Shown here piece after piece: positions 39,046-49,860 of a DNA stretch of 64,000 nt. Source of the stretch: Candidatus Omnitrophota bacterium (GTDB lineage Bacteria; Omnitrophota; Gorgyraeia; 1-14-0-20-64-10). The stretch spans positions 339,306 through 403,305 of the forward strand of contig JAMWCF010000001.1 of NCBI GenBank assembly GCA_023818695.1. The letters run 5' to 3'. Position numbers and translations under genes: made by a program. Below the pieces are notes generated by a model that worked only from the letters and a program-made list of their open reading frames with translations, searched no databases and was not told the origin of the DNA. Each line of letters begins with the position of its first letter. Position 1 is the first letter of the stretch.

Positions 39046-40095
39046 ATGATCGCTGTTGGCATTATCGGCGTGACCGGTTATACCGGTCAGGAGCTTCTGA
39101 AGATCCTCCTTCGGCATCCGAACGTTTCGGTGGAGCATCTCTCCTCCCGGAGCATTCGGAAAGAGGTCCCTTTGGGCTCCATACTGCCCTCCTTCCGAAA
39201 CCGGTCTGACCTGACAATCCATCCGTTCGACTGGAAAAAGGCGACCGCCGTGTGCGATCTCCTTTTCCTGGCCCTCCCGCACGGCGTCTCCATGAAGCTC
39301 GCCTCTGGGATCCTTCGAAGCGGCAAAGAGATCGCCGTCATCGACTTGAGCGGCGATTTTCGGCTCGCATCGGCCCCGCTTTTCAAGCGGGCTTACGGGA
39401 AAAACCACGCCAACCCGGCTCTGTTGAAGCAATCGATCTACGGCTTGAGCGAATGGAGCCGGAAGAAGCTGCCCGCCGCGCGGCTGGTGGCCAATCCGGG
39501 GTGCTATCCGACGGCGGTCCTGCTGGGGCTCGGCCCCTTGGCGGCCGCCGGTCTGCTCCAGAAGGAGGGGCTTGTCGTCGACGCAAAATCGGGGGTCACC
39601 GGAGCGGGGAAATCGGTCAAGGAGGAACTTCTCTTCAGCGAAGTCAACGAGGATTTGAAGGCCTACCGGGTCGACAACCATCAGCACACCCCTGAAATCG
39701 AGCAGACCCTCCGCCGGATCGCCGGCCGGCCGGTGAAGCTGACCTTCGTCCCGCATCTTGTCCCGATGAACAGGGGGATCTACGCGACGATCTACGCCCC
39801 CCTGAAGAAACGGCTGACCGGTGAGCAGCTGCGGCGGATCTACCAGAAAAGATACGCCGGGGAGCCGTTCATCCGGCTGCTGCCTGAAAAGGTCTGGCCG
39901 AACATCAAGGCGGTCAGCGGCACCAATTTCTGCGAGATCGGCCTGCAGGCGGACCACCAAGGCAAACGGGCCATCATCATCTCGGCGATCGATAACCTGG
40001 TCAAAGGAGCGGCCGGACAGGCGGTCCAGAATATGAACCTTCTCTACGGCTTTCCGGAAACCGCGGGACTTCTGCCGGAAGCGGACGGGGGATGA
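39046..40095 (+). CDS. argC: N-acetyl-gamma-glutamyl-phosphate reductase
   Basis: GVTGYTGQEL, ANPGCYPT (active Cys), IDNLVKGAAGQAVQNMN. Confidence 0.95.
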   Translation: MIAVGIIGVTGYTGQELLKILLRHPNVSVEHLSSRSIRKEVPLGSILPSFRNRSDLTIHPFDWKKATAVCDLLFLALPHGVSMKLASGILRSGKEIAVIDLSGDFRLASAPLFKRAYGKNHANPALLKQSIYGLSEWSRKKLPAARLVANPGCYPTAVLLGLGPLAAAGLLQKEGLVVDAKSGVTGAGKSVKEELLFSEVNEDLKAYRVDNHQHTPEIEQTLRRIAGRPVKLTFVPHLVPMNRGIYATIYAPLKKRLTGEQLRRIYQKRYAGEPFIRLLPEKVWPNIKAVSGTNFCEIGLQADHQGKRAIIISAIDNLVKGAAGQAVQNMNLLYGFPETAGLLPEADGG

Positions 40096-41300
40096 TCCGG
40101 ATGGAAGAACTGAAGGGAGGGGTCACCGCCGCGCAGGGGTTCCTGGCCGCCGGCATCTCCTGCGGCCTGAAAAAACGGGGTCATGACCTGGCCCTGATCG
40201 CTTCGGAATATCCGGCCACCGTCGCCGGAACCCTCACGCAGAACAAAATAAAGGCCCCCTGCGTGGAATGGACGCGAAAGATTTTGCGGCGGGGAAGCGC
40301 CAGGGCGGTCATCGCCAACAGCGGTAACGCCAACTGCTGCACTGGCAAGCAGGGGGTCCGTAACACACACCTGATGGCGCAGTGGACCGGCTCCCAATTG
40401 GGGCTGCCGGCTCACCAGGTGATCGTCGCTTCCACGGGGGTCATCGGCATCCAGTTGCCAATGGCCCGGATCCGGGGAGGAATTTCCAGGGCGGCGGACC
40501 GGCTTCATCGGCTCGGCTCCTCGGACGCGGCCGAGGCGATCATGACCACCGATACCCGCCCGAAAGAGATCGCCGTCCGTTTCAAGGAGGGGAAGAGGTG
40601 GATCCGGCTCGGCGGAATCGCCAAGGGGTCCGGGATGATCGCCCCTCACATGGCCACCATGCTGGCCTTCCTGACCACCGACGCCAAAGTGGACGCCTCC
40701 CTCCTGCGGGGAGTCCTGCAACCGGTTGTGGAGGAGACCTTCAACGCGATCACGGTCGACGGAGAGATGTCGACCAACGACATGGTGATCCTCATGGCCA
40801 ACGGTGCTTCCGGTGCGCCGGCCCTGCGCAGTAGAACACGGGCCCACCGGAATTTCCTGGAGGCCCTGCGGCTGGTCTGCCGTCATCTGGCGCATGAGAT
40901 CGCCCGGGACGGCGAGGGGGTGACGCGGCTGATGACCGTCCGGGTCCAGCACGCACCGAGCCGGGAAGCGGCGAAGACGATCGCCCAAAAGGTCGCCAAC
41001 TCGGCGCTGGTCAAAACGATGGTGGCCGGCCGGGACCCGAACTGGGGCCGGATCGCCGCTGCGGTCGGGGCTTCGGGCGTACCGCTTGATCCCCAACGGC
41101 TTGTGATCCGGCTCGGCGGGACAACCGTTTTCCGAAACGGCGAACCGGTCCGCTGCCGGCGGAAGATCCTTTTCAAGGAGGTTGACCGCCCGGAGGTGCA
41201 GATCGGGGTGGATCTGAGGTCCGGCTCATCCGGTTATCAGATCCTTTCCGGTGACCTCACCGAGGAGTACATCCGAATCAATGCCAAGTACACGACATAA
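40092..41300 (+). CDS. argJ: Bifunctional ornithine acetyltransferase / N-acetylglutamate synthase
   Basis: GVTAAQGF, autoprocessing site HMATMLAFLTTDA, NWGRIAAAVG. Confidence 0.95.
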   Translation: MIRMEELKGGVTAAQGFLAAGISCGLKKRGHDLALIASEYPATVAGTLTQNKIKAPCVEWTRKILRRGSARAVIANSGNANCCTGKQGVRNTHLMAQWTGSQLGLPAHQVIVASTGVIGIQLPMARIRGGISRAADRLHRLGSSDAAEAIMTTDTRPKEIAVRFKEGKRWIRLGGIAKGSGMIAPHMATMLAFLTTDAKVDASLLRGVLQPVVEETFNAITVDGEMSTNDMVILMANGASGAPALRSRTRAHRNFLEALRLVCRHLAHEIARDGEGVTRLMTVRVQHAPSREAAKTIAQKVANSALVKTMVAGRDPNWGRIAAAVGASGVPLDPQRLVIRLGGTTVFRNGEPVRCRRKILFKEVDRPEVQIGVDLRSGSSGYQILSGDLTEEYIRINAKYTT

Positions 41301-42165
41301 CCGGATTCCGGACGCCGTCATCCGGAAAGCCAGCATCCTGCTGGAAGCGCTGCCGTACCTGCAGAGCTTCCGCGGAAAAACGTTCGTGATCAAATACGGC
41401 GGCTCCGCGCTGGCCGACCCGGCCAAACGGCGGGCTCTCCTGCAGGACGTCGTCTTTTTGAGCGTCAGCGGCATCCGGCCGGTCCTGGTTCACGGCGGCG
41501 GGGCGGAAATCTCCAGGAAGATGTCCCGGAAAGGCAAGACCCCCCGCTTTGTGCATGGCCTGCGGGTCACCGACGCCGAAACGCTGAAGATGGTCGCCGC
41601 AGCGCTGGCGACGGTTAACCGGCTTCTGGTGAAAGAGCTGAAATCGCTCGGGGCCAGGGCCCAGGGGTTGATCGGTTCCGAGGCTAGAATCATCCGGGCT
41701 GAACCATACGTCATCCAGGGGGAGGACCTCGGATTTGTAGGGAAGGTGACCGGCGTCAACCCGGGACCTGTCCAGCGCCTTCTGGTGCTGGGGGTGATCC
41801 CGGTGGTGATGCCCCTGGGAAGCGGCTGGGACCATCAGACCTACAACATCAACGCCGATGAAGCGGCATCCGCACTGGCGGCGGCGCTGAAAGCGGAGAA
41901 ATTCGTCCTGGTAACCGACGTTCCCGGTATCCTCCGGGAGCCAGGCAACCGGAGATCTCTCATCCCGACCCTGACCCGGAAAGAGGCGGGCCGTCTCATC
42001 AAAAAGAAGGTGATCGCCGGCGGGATGATCCCGAAAACGAGGGCCTGCTTGAACGCCCTCAAAGGGGGGGTCCGGAAAACGCACATCGTGGATATCTCGG
42101 TCCCCCACAGTCTCCTTCTGGAGATCTTCACTGATTTGGGGATAGGAACGCAGATCATCAAATGA
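41281..42165 (+). CDS. argB: Acetylglutamate kinase
   Basis: GKTFVIKYGGSA, VLVHGGG, NINAD. A GTG at 41251 is an alternative start. Confidence 0.92.
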   Translation: MPSTRHNRIPDAVIRKASILLEALPYLQSFRGKTFVIKYGGSALADPAKRRALLQDVVFLSVSGIRPVLVHGGGAEISRKMSRKGKTPRFVHGLRVTDAETLKMVAAALATVNRLLVKELKSLGARAQGLIGSEARIIRAEPYVIQGEDLGFVGKVTGVNPGPVQRLLVLGVIPVVMPLGSGWDHQTYNINADEAASALAAALKAEKFVLVTDVPGILREPGNRRSLIPTLTRKEAGRLIKKKVIAGGMIPKTRACLNALKGGVRKTHIVDISVPHSLLLEIFTDLGIGTQIIK

Positions 42166-43352
42166 AGACGAAAGAGATCGCCAAACTGTACGACCGGTAC
42201 GCGATCCCGGTTTATAACCGGTTGGGGATCGCCGCCCGGAAAGGGTCCGGCTCCTGGCTCTGGGATTATGAGGGGCGCCGGTATCTGGACCTTTTCCCGG
42301 GCTGGGGGGTGGGGGCCATCGGACACTGCCACCCCCACGTCATCAGAACGGTGACGGCCCAGATGAAAAAATTGATGCATGTGCCGAACACCTTCTACCA
42401 CGAGCCGCAGGCACGGCTGGCGCGGATGCTGGTCACAAGCGCTTTTCCCGGCAAGATCTTCCTCTGCAGCACCGGCGCCGAGGCGGTGGAGGGGGCAATC
42501 AAACTGGCCAGGCGGGTGGGCTACCCGAAGCGGTATGAAATCATCACCATGAAACAGTCGTTCCACGGACGGACGATGGGGGCGCTGGCCGCCACCGGGC
42601 AAACGAAGCATTCCAAATGGTTCAGGCCGATGCTCAGCGGCTTCCGGCATGTCCCGTTCAACGACATCCGGGCGGTGAGAAGGGCCATCGGTCCGAAGAC
42701 GGTCGCCGTGATGGTGGAGCTGGTGCAGGGGGAGGGGGGAATCCATGTCGCCTCGAAAAAATACATCCGGCAGCTGAAAGAGCTGTGCCGGCGCAAGGGG
42801 CTGCTGCTGATCTTCGATGAGATCTCGACGGGAGGCGGCCGGACCGGAACCCTCTTCTGCTACCAGCAGTACGGGGTCACGCCGGACATCCTCCTGCTGG
42901 CAAAGGGGATCGGCGGAGGCCTGAACCTGGGGATCATCCTGGCCGGCAGGCATATCTCCGACGTCTGGGAGAAAGCCAGCCACGCTACGACGTTCGGAGG
43001 CAACCCGGTGGCGGCTGCGGCCGGCATCGCCACGTTGGAGGTGATCCGCAGGGAAAAACTCCTGCAGAATGTCAGGAAACAGGGGGCCTATTTCATGAAG
43101 CGGCTGGCCGAGCTGAAGAAAGAGATTCCGGCCATCCGGGAGATCCGGGGCATGGGGCTGATGATTGGCATCCAGATGGACCGGCCCGGGGCGCCCGTGG
43201 TTCAGGCCTGCCTTCGTCGGGGGCTGCTGATCAACTGCTCCCAGCAGACGGTTCTGCGGATCTATCCGGCCATGAACGTTACCAGAAAACAGATCGACCT
43301 GGGGTTGAAGATCTTGAAACAGGCCTTTGAAGAGGCGCTCGGGCAAAAGTGA
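42162..43352 (+). CDS. argD: Acetylornithine aminotransferase (class III)
   Basis: SGAEAVEGAIKLAR, FHGRT, IFDEISTGGGRTG, LLAKGIGGG. Confidence 0.92.
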   Translation: MKTKEIAKLYDRYAIPVYNRLGIAARKGSGSWLWDYEGRRYLDLFPGWGVGAIGHCHPHVIRTVTAQMKKLMHVPNTFYHEPQARLARMLVTSAFPGKIFLCSTGAEAVEGAIKLARRVGYPKRYEIITMKQSFHGRTMGALAATGQTKHSKWFRPMLSGFRHVPFNDIRAVRRAIGPKTVAVMVELVQGEGGIHVASKKYIRQLKELCRRKGLLLIFDEISTGGGRTGTLFCYQQYGVTPDILLLAKGIGGGLNLGIILAGRHISDVWEKASHATTFGGNPVAAAAGIATLEVIRREKLLQNVRKQGAYFMKRLAELKKEIPAIREIRGMGLMIGIQMDRPGAPVVQACLRRGLLINCSQQTVLRIYPAMNVTRKQIDLGLKILKQAFEEALGQK

Positions 43353-44275
43353 AGCATCTGCTGACAGTGCGGGACCTGAATGCGGAAACAATCCGCCGGC
43401 TTTTCGAGCTGACGGCCCGCCTCAAGCGGACCGGACAAGCGAGCCGCCCCCTGGCCGGGAAAACCCTCGGCCTGCTTTTCCAGAAACCGTCCCTGCGGAC
43501 GAGGGTCTCCTTCGAAGTCGGCATGGCCCAGCTGGGGGGACAATCGATCTACATCGGCCCGGTGGAACTGCAGGGAGGCCAGCGGGAAGGGGCGAAGGAC
43601 CTGGCCAATGTCCTCTCCCGCTACCTCGACGGGATCGTGGCCAGGACCTATTCGCACGACCATATCGTGGAGATGGCCGCCGCCTCCTCCGTCCCGGTCA
43701 TCAACGGTCTTTCGGATGAGAGCCATCCGTGTCAGGCGTTGGCGGACCTTTTCACGGTGCATGAGCGGTTCGGGAAACTCAAAGGGGTCCCGGTGGCTTA
43801 CGTCGGGGACGGGAACAACGTCTGCCACTCCCTGATGGAGGCCTCGGCCCTAACCGGTGTCCATCTCCGGATCGCGGCCCCGCGCGGCTATACTCCCGCC
43901 GCGCAGGTACTCCGATGGGCCGGCGCACAAGCGAAAAGAAACGCTGGAACGGTCGAACTGTGTGCTTCGCCTGACAAAGCGGTTAAGGGGGCCTGGGTGG
44001 TCTACACTGACGTCTGGACAAGCATGGGCCAGGAAAAGGAGGCGGCGAAAAGGGAAAAGGTTTTCAGGCCTTACCAGGTCAACAGCCGGCTCTTCCGGCA
44101 GGCCGATCCGCAGGCCGTCTTCATGCATTGCCTGCCGGCGCACAGGGGGCAGGAGGTCACGGACCAGGTGATGGACAGCACACGATCGATCGTCTATGAT
44201 CAAGCGGAGAACCGGCTGCACGTCCAGAAAGCAATCCTTTTAGAACTGCTGGGCAAAGGAAGGTCAATCCGATGA
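43349..44275 (+). CDS. argF: Ornithine carbamoyltransferase
   Basis: FQKPSLRTRVSFE, SHPCQALAD, HCLPAHRGQEV; GTGA overlap. Confidence 0.95.
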   Translation: MKHLLTVRDLNAETIRRLFELTARLKRTGQASRPLAGKTLGLLFQKPSLRTRVSFEVGMAQLGGQSIYIGPVELQGGQREGAKDLANVLSRYLDGIVARTYSHDHIVEMAAASSVPVINGLSDESHPCQALADLFTVHERFGKLKGVPVAYVGDGNNVCHSLMEASALTGVHLRIAAPRGYTPAAQVLRWAGAQAKRNAGTVELCASPDKAVKGAWVVYTDVWTSMGQEKEAAKREKVFRPYQVNSRLFRQADPQAVFMHCLPAHRGQEVTDQVMDSTRSIVYDQAENRLHVQKAILLELLGKGRSIR

Positions 44276-45486
44276 GAAGCGATCCTGCGGCAACGGGAAA
44301 CAAAGTGGTCTTGGCTTACTCCGGCGGGCTGGACACCTCGGTCATCATCCGGTGGCTGATGAACCGGGGATACCGGGTGATCGCGGTCTGCGCCGACGTG
44401 GGGCAGGGAGAGGATCTGCGGGTCGTCCGGGAAAGGGCGCTCGCCTGCGGGGCCTCCAAAGTGTTCGTCCTGGACCTGCGCAAAGAGTTCGCCAGGGAAT
44501 ACGTCCTGCCGGCGCTCAAGGCCGGCGCCGTCTACGAAGGGAAATACCTGCTGGCAACCGCCTTGAGCAGACCCCTCATCGCCAAGGCGATGGCGCAGGT
44601 GGCCCGCGCAGAGAAAGCGCGGACCCTGGCGCACGGCTGCACCGGCAAAGGCAACGACCAGGTCCGGATCGAGGTCTCCTTGAGAATCCTCTCCCCCGGA
44701 TTTCATATCATCGCGCCGGTCCGGGAGTGGGAGCTGAAATCGAGAGACGAGGAGATTCGCTACGCCCAGGACCATCATCTGCCGATCGCCAAAAAGAGCG
44801 AATCGAAATATTCGATCGACCAGAACCTCTGGGGGGTCTCGATCGAAAGCGGCCCCCTGGAAAATCCATGGACCGAACCGCCGGAGGAGGCATTCCGGTG
44901 GACAAAAAACCCGGCCACGGCACCAGCCAAGGGAGAGTATGTGACGATTGACTTCCTCCATGGAACCCCCGCGGCTCTGAACGGCCGGAAACTGCCGCTC
45001 GTGGAGCTGATCCAGAAGCTTAACGCCGCCGGTTCCAGGCACGGCGTGGGACGGACCGACATGGTTGAAGACCGGCTGGTGGGGATCAAATCGCGCGAGG
45101 TGTACGAAGCCCCCGCCGCGACGATCCTTCATGCGGCTCACTCCGAATTGGAACGGCTGACGCTCGACAGGGAAACGCTGGCCTTCAAGGAGGCGGTTGC
45201 CCAGCGTTATTCCCGGCTGATCTACGATGGGCTCTGGTTCTCCCCCCTCAAAGCGGCCCTCGACAAATTCGTGGAGGAGACGCAAGTCCGGGTCACCGGC
45301 ACGGTACGGATCAAGCTCCTGAAGGGGCAGGCGATCTGTGTGGGCCGGAAATCCCCCTATTCCCGGTATGCCGAGAAGCTGGCGACTTACGGGGCGGGGG
45401 ACCAGTTCGATCAAAGCCACGCGGCCGGCTTCATCACTCTCTGGGGGCTGCCGTACGCCGCGCGGAGGAACGGGAAAGGACGATGA
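44272..45486 (+). CDS. argG: Argininosuccinate synthase
   Basis: VVLAYSGGLDTS, HGCTGKGNDQVR, GRTDMVEDRLVGIKSREVYE. Confidence 0.96.
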   Translation: MRSDPAATGNKVVLAYSGGLDTSVIIRWLMNRGYRVIAVCADVGQGEDLRVVRERALACGASKVFVLDLRKEFAREYVLPALKAGAVYEGKYLLATALSRPLIAKAMAQVARAEKARTLAHGCTGKGNDQVRIEVSLRILSPGFHIIAPVREWELKSRDEEIRYAQDHHLPIAKKSESKYSIDQNLWGVSIESGPLENPWTEPPEEAFRWTKNPATAPAKGEYVTIDFLHGTPAALNGRKLPLVELIQKLNAAGSRHGVGRTDMVEDRLVGIKSREVYEAPAATILHAAHSELERLTLDRETLAFKEAVAQRYSRLIYDGLWFSPLKAALDKFVEETQVRVTGTVRIKLLKGQAICVGRKSPYSRYAEKLATYGAGDQFDQSHAAGFITLWGLPYAARRNGKGR

Positions 45487-46874
45487 AAAAGCAGAAGCTC
45501 TGGGGCGGCCGCTTCACGAAGAAAACCGCCCGGGTGATCGAGGAGTTCAGCCACTCTTTCGCTGTCGACAGCCGCCTGGCTCGCTGGGACCTGGTCGGCT
45601 CGATCGCCCATGCCAGGATGCTCGGCAAGACAGGGATCATCCCAAAGACCGACTCCGTCCGGCTGGTCCGGACCCTGACCGGGATGCTGGCGTCGCTGGA
45701 GAAGGGAACCCTGCGCCTGGATCCGACGGCGGAAGACATCCACACCGCCATCCAGACGGCGCTGGAAAAGAGGGCCGGGGCGGCCGCCGGGCGGCTCCAC
45801 ACCGCCCGCTCCCGCAACGACCAAGTGGTCACCAGCTTCCGGCTCTACTGCAAGGACCATCTGGAAAAACTCACGCAGGCGGTCTTGCGCCTGCAGAAAA
45901 CGGTTCTTCGGCAGGCGGAAGCGGCCGGGACACTGGTGCTGCCTGGCTACACCCATCTGCGGCATGCCCAGCCGGTGCTGGCAGCCCACCTGCTGGTCAG
46001 CTACGTGGTGATGCTGCAACGGGACAGGGAACGGCTCCGGGAAGCCGCACGTCGTCTGGACGAACTACCCCTCGGTTCGGCGGCGCTGACCGGGACATCG
46101 CTGGCGATCGACAGGGCGTCTGTCGCCAGAGAGCTCGGGTTTTCCAGGGTCGCCGAAAACTCAATCGACGCCGTCACGGAAAGGGATTTCGCCGTGGAGA
46201 TCCTCTCCTCCCTGGCGATCCTTGGGGTGCATCTGTCCCGAATCGCCGAGGACCTGCTGCTCTGGTCCACCGCGGAATTCGGTTTCCTTTCCTTTTCGGA
46301 GGAGCTCCTGACCGGCAGCTCTATGATGCCGCAGAAACAAAATCCCGATTTTCTGGAGCTGACCCGCGGCGGATCAGCCCGGCTTATCGGCAACCTCACC
46401 GGGATCGCCGCGCTCCTGAAAGGGCTCTCCTCCGGCTACCAGCGGGACCTTCAGCTGGACAAAGAGCTCGTGTTCGAAGGGTTGGACAGGGCCGCGGGGA
46501 TGCTGGCGGTCATGACGGCCGGCTTCCAATCGATCTCCTGGAACGGGAAAAAGATTTCCGAGCAGATGGAGGACGATTCCCTCTACGCCACCGACATCGC
46601 GGAATACCTGGTAGCCAAGGGGGTCCCGTTTTCAGAAGCCCACCAAATCGTGGGCCGGCTGCTGAGCCGCAGCGAGAAAGAAAAGGGCCGGCTGCGGTCC
46701 CTGCCGCTGGAGATCTTCCGGCGGTTCTCTCCTTTTTTCAACAACGACGTCTACCGCCTGTTCGACCCCGACTCCTCCGTCGGCCGCAAGAGGTCCGCCG
46801 GCAGCACGCAGCCGGCGGCGGTGGCCCGTTCCATCCAGAGCTGGAAAAAACGGCTCCAAGGCCGGGGAGGTTAA
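45483..46874 (+). CDS. argH: Argininosuccinate lyase
   Basis: LWGGRF, HTARSRNDQV, GSSMMPQKQNPD. Confidence 0.96.
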   Translation: MKKQKLWGGRFTKKTARVIEEFSHSFAVDSRLARWDLVGSIAHARMLGKTGIIPKTDSVRLVRTLTGMLASLEKGTLRLDPTAEDIHTAIQTALEKRAGAAAGRLHTARSRNDQVVTSFRLYCKDHLEKLTQAVLRLQKTVLRQAEAAGTLVLPGYTHLRHAQPVLAAHLLVSYVVMLQRDRERLREAARRLDELPLGSAALTGTSLAIDRASVARELGFSRVAENSIDAVTERDFAVEILSSLAILGVHLSRIAEDLLLWSTAEFGFLSFSEELLTGSSMMPQKQNPDFLELTRGGSARLIGNLTGIAALLKGLSSGYQRDLQLDKELVFEGLDRAAGMLAVMTAGFQSISWNGKKISEQMEDDSLYATDIAEYLVAKGVPFSEAHQIVGRLLSRSEKEKGRLRSLPLEIFRRFSPFFNNDVYRLFDPDSSVGRKRSAGSTQPAAVARSIQSWKKRLQGRGG

Positions 46875-46881
46875 CCGGCCG

Positions 46882-48141
46882 ATGCACCGGTTTTCGTACA
46901 GAAATGGACGGCTGATGTGCGAGGGGGTCGCCGTTGAAGAGGTGGCCCGCGAGGTCGGGACTCCTCTATATCTTTACAGCTACAACACGATCCTGGACCA
47001 TTTCAGGAAAGTCAAGAGCGCCTTCTCTCCGGTGGGGGCGCTGGTCTGTTTCGCCGCGAAAGCCAACAGCAACATGGCGATCCTGCGGGCGCTGGCCAAA
47101 GCCGGCGCCGGCTTTGATGTGGTTTCCGGCGGGGAGCTCAAAAGGGTCTTGCGCGCCGGCGCACATCCCAAAAAAATCGTCTTCGCGTCGGTCGGAAAAT
47201 CAATCGCCGAGATCGAACTAGCCGTCAAAACCGGAATTCTCTTCTTCAACGTCGAGTCGGCCCAGGAGCTGGAGCGGATCGAATCGGTCTGCCGGCGGCT
47301 GCGGCGCAGACAGCGGATCAGTCTCCGGGTCAACCCGGAGGTGGACCCTCACACCCATTCTTTCATCACCACCGGGCACAGGGCCAGCAAGTTCGGCATC
47401 GACCGGAAGACGGTGATCAAGCTATTCCAGCGGACAGCGGAATTCCCGCATCTGGCCTTCGAGGGGCTTCACATCCACATCGGCTCCCAGATTCTGGAAG
47501 CCCGTCCTTTCCGGGCCGCGATTGAGCGGGCCCTCCTGCTGGTGGAAGAGGCCAAGCGGCACGGCGTCACCATCGGCACCCTGAATATCGGAGGGGGGCT
47601 TGGGATTGTTTACCACAAAGAGACCCCGCAAACGGCCCGGGATTATGCGAAAGCGGTTCTGCCGGTCTTGAAAAGGAGCGGTTTAAAGGTTATTCTGGAA
47701 CCCGGACGTTTTATCGTGGGAAGCGGCGGGATCCTGGTGACCCGTGTGCTGTACCTGAAGTCAAGCCACGGCCGGCAATTCGCAATCGTGGATGCGGCGA
47801 TGAACGATCTCCTGCGGCCGTCCCTTTACGGCGCCTACCACGACATCTGGCCCGCCTCCGCCAACGGCCGGCTGCGGCCGGCTCGGTACGACGTGGTTGG
47901 ACCAGTGTGCGAGAGCGGGGATTTTTTCGCTAAAAACAGGAAACTACCCAAGCTGCATCCGGGCGACCTGCTGGCGGTGATGGGGGCGGGGGCCTACGGG
48001 TTCGTGATGTCCAGCAACTACAATTCCAGGCCTAGGGCGGCCGAGGTGATGGTCCGTTCCAACAAGTGGTATGTCGTCCGGAAAAGGGAAACCTTCGAAG
48101 AGATGATCCAGTCGGAAAAGATTCCGCCGTTCTTGCGATAA
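46882..48141 (+). CDS. lysA: Diaminopimelate decarboxylase
   Basis: PLP Lys in FAAKAN, HIHIGSQ, GGGLGI, CESGD, GAYG. Confidence 0.95.
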   Translation: MHRFSYRNGRLMCEGVAVEEVAREVGTPLYLYSYNTILDHFRKVKSAFSPVGALVCFAAKANSNMAILRALAKAGAGFDVVSGGELKRVLRAGAHPKKIVFASVGKSIAEIELAVKTGILFFNVESAQELERIESVCRRLRRRQRISLRVNPEVDPHTHSFITTGHRASKFGIDRKTVIKLFQRTAEFPHLAFEGLHIHIGSQILEARPFRAAIERALLLVEEAKRHGVTIGTLNIGGGLGIVYHKETPQTARDYAKAVLPVLKRSGLKVILEPGRFIVGSGGILVTRVLYLKSSHGRQFAIVDAAMNDLLRPSLYGAYHDIWPASANGRLRPARYDVVGPVCESGDFFAKNRKLPKLHPGDLLAVMGAGAYGFVMSSNYNSRPRAAEVMVRSNKWYVVRKRETFEEMIQSEKIPPFLR

Positions 48142-48150
48142 GCTCAAACC

Positions 48151-48966
48151 GTGGAACAAATCCCTTTTACAAAAGTCGTCGGAACAGGCAACGATTTCAT
48201 CCTCGTGGACGGGCGTAAGATCCCCTCCCTGAATCCGACTCCTGCTCGGTGGGCAACCGTCTGGTGCGACCGGAAGACAGGGGTTGGAGCCGACGGTCTT
48301 TTGTGGATCCTGCCCTCCAGGCGGGGCAACGCCCGGATGCGGATCTTCAACCCCGATGGCAGCGAAGCCTCCATGTGCGGCAACGGCCTGCGCTGCGTGG
48401 CTTGGTATCTCTACATGAAAGACCACGGCCGCACGACGCACGTCATCGAAACCGGGGCGGGCCTGATCACAACGGAGGTGGTCAAGAAGGAACGGACGAG
48501 GATTTACCTCACCCCGCCGAAGGAGTTCCGACTCGGGCTGAAACTGACCGTCCTGGGCAAACGCCTCGACTGGCATGCGGTGAACACGGGGGTCCCGCAC
48601 GCCGTTCTTTTCTCGTCCCGGATCGACAAGCTGGACCTCGGGAAACTGGGTCCGGCGGTCCGTTTCCATAAAATATTCAAACCGGCCGGCGCGAATGTGA
48701 ACCTCGTCCAGATCCAGACGCCGCACCGGATCGCGGTCCGTACCTACGAGCGCGGCGTGGAAGGGGAAACGATGGCCTGCGGGACCGGATCGGTCGCCTG
48801 CGTCGTGATCGGAGCCAGTCTGGGAAAGCTCAAGCCGCCGGTTTCCGTACTGACCGCAGGCGGTGAACGGCTGTCGGTGGGATTCAGACAGGAACGCAAA
48901 CTATGGGAAGGACTCTATCTCGAGGGTCCGGCCCGGATTCTCTTTGAAGGAGTGATCCGCCAGTGA
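48151..48966 (+). CDS. dapF: Diaminopimelate epimerase
   Basis: GTGNDFILVD, MCGNGLRC and ACGTGS catalytic Cys pair; GTG start. Confidence 0.93.
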   Translation: MEQIPFTKVVGTGNDFILVDGRKIPSLNPTPARWATVWCDRKTGVGADGLLWILPSRRGNARMRIFNPDGSEASMCGNGLRCVAWYLYMKDHGRTTHVIETGAGLITTEVVKKERTRIYLTPPKEFRLGLKLTVLGKRLDWHAVNTGVPHAVLFSSRIDKLDLGKLGPAVRFHKIFKPAGANVNLVQIQTPHRIAVRTYERGVEGETMACGTGSVACVVIGASLGKLKPPVSVLTAGGERLSVGFRQERKLWEGLYLEGPARILFEGVIRQ

Positions 48967-49859
48967 GCAAACCGCCCGTGTGGTTGAGAGGTTCGATGGT
49001 GGCCTTGGTGACGCCGTTCAAGAACGGCGGGGTCGACGTCAAGGGCCTTCAGCGCCTCGTGGAGTTCCACATCAAGAACGGGACGTCAGCGCTGGTCCCC
49101 TGCGGGACAACCGGCGAGTCGGCGACCCTTTCCCATGAAGAGCATGATCTGGTGATCGAAACGGTGATCGAAGCCGCCGGCGGAAAGATCTGCGTCATCG
49201 CGGGGACCGGCTCCAACAACACCGAAGAGGCAATCCGGCTGACCCGCCACGCCCAGAGAGCGGGGGCCGACGCCTCCCTGCAGATCGCCCCCTATTACAA
49301 CAAACCGACGCAGGAGGGGCTTTACAGGCATTTCAAGGCGATCGCCGAGGAGGTCGATATCCCTCTGGTCCTTTACAACATCTCCTCCCGGACCGGCGTG
49401 AATATCGAGCCGGCCACCTTCGGGCGGCTGGCAAAAATCCGCAACATCGTCGGCGTCAAGGAAGCGAGCGCCAACCTCGAGCAGATGGCCCGGATCAAGG
49501 ATGTCTGCGGCGAGAGGATCGCCCTGATCTCCGGCGATGACGCCTTGACACTGCCTATCCTCTCGATCGGCGGGACAGGGGTTATCTCGGTTGTGGCCAA
49601 CATCCTGCCGGGACCGGTCGAAAAACTGGTTCGGCTCTTTGAAAAAGGGGATATCCGGGGAGCCAGGAAAATCCATTATGACCTCCTGCCTCTCGTCAAA
49701 GCGATGTTTCTGGAAACGAACCCGATCCCGGTCAAGACGGCGATGGGGCTGATGAAGCTGATCGACGACCCCCATCTGCGTCTGCCCCTGTGCCCGTTGA
49801 GCGAAAGCAATCTGGCTGTTCTGAAAGAGACCCTAAGAAGATACCGGCTGATCCGATAA
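48963..49859 (+). CDS. dapA: 4-hydroxy-tetrahydrodipicolinate synthase
   Basis: GTTGESATLS, YNKP, GVKEAS (Schiff-base Lys region); GTGA overlap. Confidence 0.95.
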   Translation: MSKPPVWLRGSMVALVTPFKNGGVDVKGLQRLVEFHIKNGTSALVPCGTTGESATLSHEEHDLVIETVIEAAGGKICVIAGTGSNNTEEAIRLTRHAQRAGADASLQIAPYYNKPTQEGLYRHFKAIAEEVDIPLVLYNISSRTGVNIEPATFGRLAKIRNIVGVKEASANLEQMARIKDVCGERIALISGDDALTLPILSIGGTGVISVVANILPGPVEKLVRLFEKGDIRGARKIHYDLLPLVKAMFLETNPIPVKTAMGLMKLIDDPHLRLPLCPLSESNLAVLKETLRRYRLIR

Positions 49860-49860
49860 C

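Noticed and set aside
45338-46915. 525-aa + strand ORF in an alternative frame over argH.
   Set aside because: The composition is dominated by R/P/G/A with no motifs, whereas the argH frame (45483-46874) carries the fumarate-lyase signature.
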